DNA of 64,000 bases from an uncultured Candidatus Saccharibacteria bacterium. Lineage in GTDB: Bacteria; Patescibacteriota; Minisyncoccia; UBA6257; WO2-44-18. The stretch covers positions 1,586 to 65,585 of the forward strand of contig CAZWVU010000003.1 in the NCBI GenBank assembly GCA_964637575.1, in the 5' to 3' direction. The notes under the pieces are model-generated. The model ran no database searches. It had not been told where the DNA came from and worked only from the letters and a program-made list of their open reading frames with translations. This document shows positions 58,276-64,000 of the stretch, piece by piece; the stretch's first letter is position 1, and every line of letters starts with the position of its first letter. A program made the position numbers and the translations under genes.

Positions 58276-59743
58276 CGCGCGTTTTTGGAGTGACCCAGAA
58301 TCCCAGTTTGAATTTTCCGCCGAGCAGGAGGCGCGTCTGCGCTTCGATGGCGGGCAAACAGCCGAAGAAAATCAGTGTAATGGGGGTGAGCAGCCATTGC
58401 GCCACATAGCCGAGATAGTGATACGGCCTGAACCAGTCCGGCTTTTTCGGCAGGAGCATGATGGAAAGGATCGCCGAAGTGGCGATGCCGATGCCGGAGA
58501 TGGTCATGATAGTCCGGGTGGTGCCGGGGAGGTTATAAGAGAGAAGTGTTTCCTTAAAGACTGGCCCGCCGATCAGGATCGGCAGCCAGCCGAGCGCGAA
58601 GATCAGTAATGAATCGGTCGCCCAGCTCCGGTAGCTTTCAATCTGCATGATTATCCAGAACAATTTTTGTTTGAGCGGAATCAGGGGATCGCGGCGGAAC
58701 CCGTTCAGCATATACGCGACATTTTCCGCGCCGTACGCCCAGCGGCGCTGTTGTTTATAAAGATTTTTAAAGGTGTGCCACAGGGACGGCGCCACGTTCG
58801 CGTCCATGGACACGGGGTAGGTAAGCGGCACCACCCGCCAGTCGCCATGATAATGAATCAGGCATTGCCAGAAGATGCGTGAGTCTTCCGAGACGACGTC
58901 CGTCTGCCAGTAGCCGATCTCCACCAGCGCCCGGAAGGGCATTGAATGGGATGAGAAGGTGACGAGCGCGTGCGACCGGGACTGCATGATCATCTGCCAG
59001 AACGTGGAGGAAAACGCGACGACGCGCCCGAGCATGGAAGTCTGGTAAATATTATTGGTGAAAAACGGGATCGGCTGGAAGCTGGAACGCTGGGGTTTTT
59101 CGCAGGTGAGGAAGTTCCAGGTAAGGCAGCCGAAATAGTCGGGAAAGACCTGGGTGTCGGCGTCGAAGACCGACACGAGAATATTCTCGTAGGGAATGCC
59201 GGCTTCGTCGATCAGATGCCTGGCCTGCTTTGCCGCCCAGGCGCTGTTGGATCCCTTGCCGGCGATCTCCCCGGCGATATTGTCGGGATGCCAGCTCACG
59301 AGGAATTTGAAGAATTCTTCGCCATACTCGCGCTGGATGCGGCTGACGGTGGCAATGGTTTCCGCGCGTTTCCGTTCCTCCGCGGCAAGCACGACGATCA
59401 TATTTTGTTTCGGGTAGCGGTTATGCTTCAGGTGCTCGAAGGTATCGCGCACCAGCTCATACGGTTCGTTGTACATCGGCAGGATGACAAGGTGATATAT
59501 TTCCTGCCAGCGGGTTCCCGAAAGCATCGCCATCCAATCCGTCTTCAGCTGGCGGCGCATATTCATGTAGCTGGCCCGGAGATGGAAAAGAAGATAAATC
59601 GTTTTGAGCAGCCAGTACACGTCAAACAGAATAATGAATACGGCGACGGCCGCCGGAAGTTTCCAGGAAAGGCCGATCACCGATAATAATATTGCCCAGG
59701 CAAGCATCCCGGGCAACATTTCGAAAATACGCGCGTGCTTCAC
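58241..59743 (-). CDS. Family 2 glycosyltransferase, membrane-embedded (cellulose-synthase-like)
   Basis: DAD (FDADT) and QQRRW motifs flanked by TM helices. Confidence 0.8.
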   Translation of the reverse strand: MKHARIFEMLPGMLAWAILLSVIGLSWKLPAAVAVFIILFDVYWLLKTIYLLFHLRASYMNMRRQLKTDWMAMLSGTRWQEIYHLVILPMYNEPYELVRDTFEHLKHNRYPKQNMIVVLAAEERKRAETIATVSRIQREYGEEFFKFLVSWHPDNIAGEIAGKGSNSAWAAKQARHLIDEAGIPYENILVSVFDADTQVFPDYFGCLTWNFLTCEKPQRSSFQPIPFFTNNIYQTSMLGRVVAFSSTFWQMIMQSRSHALVTFSSHSMPFRALVEIGYWQTDVVSEDSRIFWQCLIHYHGDWRVVPLTYPVSMDANVAPSLWHTFKNLYKQQRRWAYGAENVAYMLNGFRRDPLIPLKQKLFWIIMQIESYRSWATDSLLIFALGWLPILIGGPVFKETLLSYNLPGTTRTIMTISGIGIATSAILSIMLLPKKPDWFRPYHYLGYVAQWLLTPITLIFFGCLPAIEAQTRLLLGGKFKLGFWVTPKTRAIPGGSVSETR

Positions 59744-59752
59744 GCCACTATC

Positions 59753-60154
59753 TTAGAATATGCGGAGGTAGTTGTCTAACGAATATATGCCGCCGCCGTT
59801 GGTGGCAAAAAGGACCGCCACTGCCAGCAAAATAACATCAAGTTCGTAGCCGTCTTTCAATCCCATCCCTTTGCGGATTTTCCAGAGGGTTGCGACGCTC
59901 ATATCAATAACGAAAAGCCAGGACACATACGGCAGGGCGAATCCGACAAGGATTGCGCACGCCCCCGCGGTTTCAGTCAGGCCGAGAATGAGGGCCCAGA
60001 ACGAGCCGGGGCGGAATCCCTGCGCCGCCAGCCATTCACCGGTGCCTTTCAGGTTTTTAATTTTCGGCAGACCGTGGGCAAGGAAAATAGTCGTAAACAC
60101 CAGACGGAGAATAAGGAATCCCACACCGCTGATTATGGAAAGCATGTTCACCAT
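59753..60154 (-). CDS. DoxX-family membrane protein
   Basis: Four TM helices with DoxX-like sequence. Confidence 0.7.
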   Translation of the reverse strand: MVNMLSIISGVGFLILRLVFTTIFLAHGLPKIKNLKGTGEWLAAQGFRPGSFWALILGLTETAGACAILVGFALPYVSWLFVIDMSVATLWKIRKGMGLKDGYELDVILLAVAVLFATNGGGIYSLDNYLRIF

Positions 60155-60172
60155 TACTATTATAGTAGCAAA

Positions 60173-60679
60173 TCAAAGAATGGTGCGCCTCACCGCGTAA
60201 TCGTCCAAAAATTTCTGAAGAGACCGCCGTTGCATATCGGTAAGGTGTATAGAAGGACGTTTTTCCTGCAGGAGGGCAATGGCGCGGTCGAGCTTCATTC
60301 TTTGCGCCACTGCCAGATAGGCTGCCACCAGCGTGGGCGCCCGGCCATGGCCGCGCAGACAATGCACATACACCTTCTCTTTGTTTTCGATGAGCTGATG
60401 CAGGAATTTAATGCCGGCGTCGAATTGTTTGAAGGACGGCGCGTCTTTGTCTTTTACCGGCAGCCAGAGATAGTACTCGGCGCCATAGGGTGCGTCAATG
60501 GTTTTTTCTTCGAGGGAAATATCGGCGCGAATTCCTTTTTTGATCAATTCTTTTACAAAATGAGCCTGGCAGCAGAGATTGCTGCCGACGTAAATCTGGT
60601 CAGTGATCTTGGAATATTCAAACAGCACTTTTTTCGGATGGTTCTTCCTGAAAAAATCGTCAGGTTGCCTGATTGTCAT
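60173..60679 (-). CDS. Dual-specificity / tyrosine protein phosphatase
   Basis: VHCLRGHGRAPT matches the CX5R P-loop. Confidence 0.75.
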   Translation of the reverse strand: MTIRQPDDFFRKNHPKKVLFEYSKITDQIYVGSNLCCQAHFVKELIKKGIRADISLEEKTIDAPYGAEYYLWLPVKDKDAPSFKQFDAGIKFLHQLIENKEKVYVHCLRGHGRAPTLVAAYLAVAQRMKLDRAIALLQEKRPSIHLTDMQRRSLQKFLDDYAVRRTIL

Positions 60680-60710
60680 AATTCTATTATACTATGTAGA
60701 ATCAAATTGA

Positions 60711-60783
60711 GGTCCTATCGTCTAGTGGCCAGGACGCGTCCCTTTCACGGACGAAACGCGGGTTCGATTCCCGCTAGGACTAC
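60711..60783 (+). tRNA. tRNA-Glu (anticodon TTC)
   Basis: Close to the E. coli tRNA-Glu pattern (…CGUCUAGUGGCCAGGAC…CUUUCACGG…GGUUCGAUUCCCGC…). Confidence 0.85.
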
Positions 60784-60887
60784 TACAAGCAAAAGCACCG
60801 GCATCCGCCGGTGCTTTTGCTTGCTGATGCTCGGCGGGAATCGAAGACCGCAGCGAAATTCGCCAGCGGGCGAATGAGCGAGGGGCG

Positions 60888-60927
60888 GGCTACAAGTCCG
60901 GCCACTGCGGCGGCCGGACTTGTAGCC
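60888..60927. repeat. Perfect 16 bp-arm palindrome
   Basis: ggctacaagtccggcc-actgcggc-ggccggacttgtagcc. A second hairpin, caagcaaaagcaccggcatccgccggtgcttttgcttg, lies at 60787-60824. Confidence 0.6.
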
Positions 60928-60975
60928 GATTCCCCAACCTTTATTTTTTAAGATAAAAGTGGTTTAGTATATGCA

Positions 60976-62007
60976 ATGAAAATTCTGGCGATTGAAACGT
61001 CCTGCGACGAGACATCCATCGCGTTGGTGAAAGGAAGCGGGGGATTGCGGAGTCCCCGTTTTACCGTTTTGAAAAATATCGTTTCGTCCCAGATTGAAAC
61101 GCACCGGCCGTTCGGCGGCGTGGTGCCGATGCTCGCCAAGCGGGAGCATCTTCACAATCTTCCGAAACTTTGGGAACAGCTCAAAAAAGAACACCCGAAG
61201 TTCGACGCAATCGCGGTCACAGTCGGCCCCGGACTTTCTCCGGCGCTTTGGGCCGGCATCGAGTTCGCGAAAGCGCTTGCGAAAGAATTGAAGAAGCCGC
61301 TGATCGGCGCCAATCACATGGAAGGACACCTCTACAGTAATTGGCTGCAGCCAATTACTGTAAATAAAAATTTAAAATTTAAAATTAAAAATTTTGGTAT
61401 CGCCTTTCCGGCGATAGCTTTAGTGGTAAGCGGCGGGCATACGATGGTACTCGCGCTGAAGTCTCCGACGAAATGGGAAAATCTCGGCGAGACGCGCGAT
61501 GACGCCGCCGGCGAAGCCTTCGATAAAGTGGCGCGTCTGCTTGAGCTGCCGTATCCCGGCGGTCCGGAGATCCAGAAAATTTCCCTGAAAGGAGATCCGA
61601 AGGCGATCGCCTTTCCGCGCCCGATGATGAAAGAAAAGAATTACGAATTCAGTTTTTCCGGAATCAAAACATCGGTCTTGTATTATCTGCGCGATAATCC
61701 GAAAGCGAAGAAGGCCGACGTTGCGGCGTCGTTCCAGCAGGCGGTGATTGACGTGCTTGCGGGCAAAACCATCCGCGCCGCGCGCGAATATGGCGCAAAA
61801 TCCGTCCTGCTCTCCGGCGGAGTATCGGCGAACCGGCTGCTCCGGGAAACGCTGGCCGCAGAATCGGAGCGGATAGGCGCGGAATTTTACGTGCCGGATT
61901 TTGCATTCAACACCGACAATGCGGCGATGATCGCCGCCGCGGCCTACATCCAAAAACTCCGCAAAAAGACACTCGCGCTGGAGGCCCAGCCCAACCTCAC
62001 CCTCTAA
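60976..62007 (+). CDS. tsaD: tRNA N6-adenosine threonylcarbamoyltransferase TsaD (Kae1/Gcp family)
   Basis: Metal-binding H..H (NHMEGH) and VSGGHT motifs. An in-frame ~35 nt AT-rich insert at 61362-61396 (VNKNLKFKIKNFG) lengthens the EGH–VSGGHT spacer. Confidence 0.9.
   Translation: MKILAIETSCDETSIALVKGSGGLRSPRFTVLKNIVSSQIETHRPFGGVVPMLAKREHLHNLPKLWEQLKKEHPKFDAIAVTVGPGLSPALWAGIEFAKALAKELKKPLIGANHMEGHLYSNWLQPITVNKNLKFKIKNFGIAFPAIALVVSGGHTMVLALKSPTKWENLGETRDDAAGEAFDKVARLLELPYPGGPEIQKISLKGDPKAIAFPRPMMKEKNYEFSFSGIKTSVLYYLRDNPKAKKADVAASFQQAVIDVLAGKTIRAAREYGAKSVLLSGGVSANRLLRETLAAESERIGAEFYVPDFAFNTDNAAMIAAAAYIQKLRKKTLALEAQPNLTL
61362..61396 (+). repeat. AT-rich short repeat element (in-frame within tsaD)
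   Basis: taaataaaaatttaaaatttaaaattaaaaatttt shares the 20-mer aaatttaaaattaaaaattt with the argS insert. Confidence 0.6.
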
Positions 62008-62310
62008 AGTAAGAGGGAGGCTTTCGGGATGTTCTTGAGGGAATATCTCGGAGCCGATTCGGCTTGGTGCTTGGCGAATCGGCGAGAGCTAAGTGGTGCC
62101 GTTGCGCCGCAGGAGCGCAACGGACACCCGGTTCCCGAGAGAATTTCCCGAAGGCCGGATGGGACTGTGGATAACTTTGCTTGCGTGGGCGAGGCGGGAT
62201 TGCAATAATGGTCTTAGCCCTTCGAAAGCCAAATAACAAACGTTCGCCCTCTAGGCGAGCATATATCGGACATACTACGTCCGAAACAGTTCTTTTCTTC
62301 CTAATTCACA

Positions 62311-62346
62311 AAAGGGTAATCTCACGATTACCCTTTCTTTTTTCTC
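62311..62346 (+). terminator. Rho-independent terminator (plus strand) in tsaD–downstream non-coding region
   Basis: aaagggtaatctcacgattaccctttcttttttc. Confidence 0.6.
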
Positions 62347-62360
62347 CAACGGAAGACAAC

Positions 62361-62397
62361 AAAAAAGCCCTCGCATCCTGCGAGGGCAAATTTTTTT
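62361..62397. terminator. Bidirectional terminator hairpin
   Basis: aaaaaagccctcgcatcctgcgagggcaaattttttt. Confidence 0.65.
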
Positions 62398-62674
62398 AAA
62401 TGGGGGACTTCGGCGCCTGCATCCAGTTGCGGTTGAGAATTTCAACCCGCCGGATTTCGACGCTCTCGCCGGCCCTGATTACCTCGATGAATTTTCTTTC
62501 CTCGAGATTGTGCAGGGCCATCCTCACCTGGCTGTGAGTGAGATGAAAGCATTCCGAAATGATTCCCACCAGCTTCGGCGAATTCAGGTCGCCCCGGTAA
62601 TCCTGTTCGGTCCGCAGAAGATACCTGAACAACTCCTGCACTGTTGTCTTCTGCGCCGCCTGGCTGCCGTTCAT
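62396..62674 (-). CDS. Small putative winged-helix/DNA-binding protein (hypothetical)
   Basis: 92 aa from Met 62674. Basic, with helix-rich prediction; no confident family. Confidence 0.35.
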   Translation of the reverse strand: MNGSQAAQKTTVQELFRYLLRTEQDYRGDLNSPKLVGIISECFHLTHSQVRMALHNLEERKFIEVIRAGESVEIRRVEILNRNWMQAPKSPI

Positions 62675-62821
62675 ACGTCTCCTCCTCCGAATGTGAAGAA
62701 CAAAACCAACCACCGGTTTATCCTAAAACAACGCTTTCCAAAAATCAATATTTTGGCTACACTGGCGGCAGAACGTTAAAAGGAGACCGTCCTAGAGATT
62801 TGTGTGGAAAGGAGAAGACTA

Positions 62822-64000
62822 GTGTTCGATGAGAAGATCGTGCAGCTTCGGGGATACGCCGGACAGGCGGGCATTTCGGATCGGGTGATGGAAGATTTAA
62901 GCACGCCTAAGGCGCGCCACGAAATGAAGATCCGCGCCCGGGTGAACGGCGCCCAGAAAAACTTTCAGCTGATGCTGGCGTTTCACTGCAATCCGCATTC
63001 CACCGGAGCCCGGCCTTACAAAGGTGGATTCCGTTTCCATCCGGCTGTGTCGATGGATCTGCTCTCGGCGCTCGCGCTCGACATGACGGAAAAGTGCGCG
63101 CTTGCCAAACTTCCCTTCGGTGGCGCCAAGGCGGGGATCGTGATCGATCCGGCCCAGCACACCCAGGAAACGCTCCGGCAGGTTACCGAGCAGGCGACCG
63201 AGCAGCTGCTCCGCAACAATTTGATTCATCCCGACGTGTACGTGCCGGGTCCGGACGTGGGCACCAATTCCAGCACCATGTTCTGGATGTACAACAAAGT
63301 GGCGGAGTGGAACGTGCTTTCCCGGATGCCGAACGTTCCCGCCGTGGTGACCGGCAAGCCGCTGGAGTATGACGGCTGTCCGGGACGTGAAGACGCGACC
63401 TCGCGCGGCCTGCTGATCCTTCTCAGAAAATATCTGGAGCTCACGGGCCGCAGCGACCGGAGTGTCGCCATTCAGGGATTCGGCAATGTCGGCATGAATC
63501 TCGCGAAGCTTATTCATGAAGAGTTCACGTTCCTCCGGGTGGCCGCGGTCAGTGATGTCTCCGGGGGGATTTACGACGAAGGCGCGGACTTCAGTATGAA
63601 GGACGTGCTTGAGTACTACCGCGAACATAAAACGTTCGCCGGCTACCGGAATGACCGCTACCGGCTTCGGAATCCAGGCGATGTTCTGTATGCGAATGCC
63701 GACATCCTCATTCCGGCGGCGGTGGAAAATCAGATTACCGAGCAGAATGCCGATCGGATCAACGCGAAACTGATCGTGGAAGCCGGCAACGAAACCACTA
63801 CCACCGGGGCACAGGCGATCCTGGAAGATCGCGGCCTCACTTTCATTCCCGGCATCGCGGCGAATGTCGGTGGCGTGACGGTTTCGTATCTGGAGTGGAG
63901 CCGCAACCGCGGCCCGCGGCGCCATGACGTGAATCTTGAAGAAGATCTGCGCCAGGTGCATCGCCAGCTCGACCAGATCATGACCGGCATTATCGAGGAA
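62822..64000 (+). CDS. gdhA: Glutamate dehydrogenase (Glu/Leu/Phe/Val DH family), 3' end beyond window
   Basis: GTG start after GGAGAAG RBS. Carries the conserved K(G)G…LPFGGAKAGI substrate-binding signature and the Rossmann motif GFGNVG. Absent from the ORF track because no stop lies in the window. The listed minus-strand ORF 62897..63961 is antisense to it. Confidence 0.85.
   Translation, partial: MFDEKIVQLRGYAGQAGISDRVMEDLSTPKARHEMKIRARVNGAQKNFQLMLAFHCNPHSTGARPYKGGFRFHPAVSMDLLSALALDMTEKCALAKLPFGGAKAGIVIDPAQHTQETLRQVTEQATEQLLRNNLIHPDVYVPGPDVGTNSSTMFWMYNKVAEWNVLSRMPNVPAVVTGKPLEYDGCPGREDATSRGLLILLRKYLELTGRSDRSVAIQGFGNVGMNLAKLIHEEFTFLRVAAVSDVSGGIYDEGADFSMKDVLEYYREHKTFAGYRNDRYRLRNPGDVLYANADILIPAAVENQITEQNADRINAKLIVEAGNETTTTGAQAILEDRGLTFIPGIAANVGGVTVSYLEWSRNRGPRRHDVNLEEDLRQVHRQLDQIMTGIIEE

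Noticed and set aside
62897-63961. 354 aa minus-strand ORF
   Set aside because: Antisense to a clear glutamate dehydrogenase gene on the plus strand (LPFGGAKAGI, GFGNVG). It is typical of high-GC antisense ORFs.
1-64000. CRISPR arrays / rRNA genes / IS transposases
   Set aside because: No regularly spaced direct repeats, no rRNA-like conserved stretches and no transposase-like ORFs were found on inspection.

Overview
This 64 kb window is a gene-dense bacterial chromosomal segment, about 58% GC except for a few AT-rich islands. It carries mainly housekeeping genes: infC-rpmI-rplT, smpB plus tmRNA, argS, ileS, trpS, tyrS, rnj, tpiA, nusA, hppA, tig-clpP, ftsH, recG, tsaD, gdhA, deoC plus an aldehyde dehydrogenase, a Clp ATPase, PolX, and seven tRNAs. 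It also encodes many small secreted or membrane hypothetical proteins. The gene repertoire suggests a reduced-genome, possibly CPR-like, lineage. The standout feature is a complete diversity-generating retroelement (DGR) at 0.6-3.2 kb. It comprises a target gene whose C-terminal ~130 bp variable repeat (VR) differs from a downstream template repeat (TR) almost exclusively at TR adenines, an Avd-like gene on the opposite strand, and a DGR-type reverse transcriptase. The RT and Avd region is low-GC, consistent with horizontal acquisition. Further observations worth follow-up: (1) a recurrent ~30 nt AT-rich element inserted in-frame into argS and tsaD, probably also polX and ileS, with copies in AT-rich intergenic promoters; (2) an isoleucyl-tRNA synthetase carrying a ~195 aa histidine-phosphatase domain inserted in the catalytic core; (3) two small GIY-YIG proteins, each directly downstream of a tRNA-like gene (tmRNA, initiator tRNA); (4) a tRNA-Ile with a UAU anticodon; (5) an 18 nt direct repeat of the tRNA-Leu 3' end; (6) a ~590 nt GC-rich non-coding region plus two covarying hairpin elements flanking rmuC; and (7) several candidate ncRNA or structured regions. 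No CRISPR array, rRNA or clear IS element was seen.
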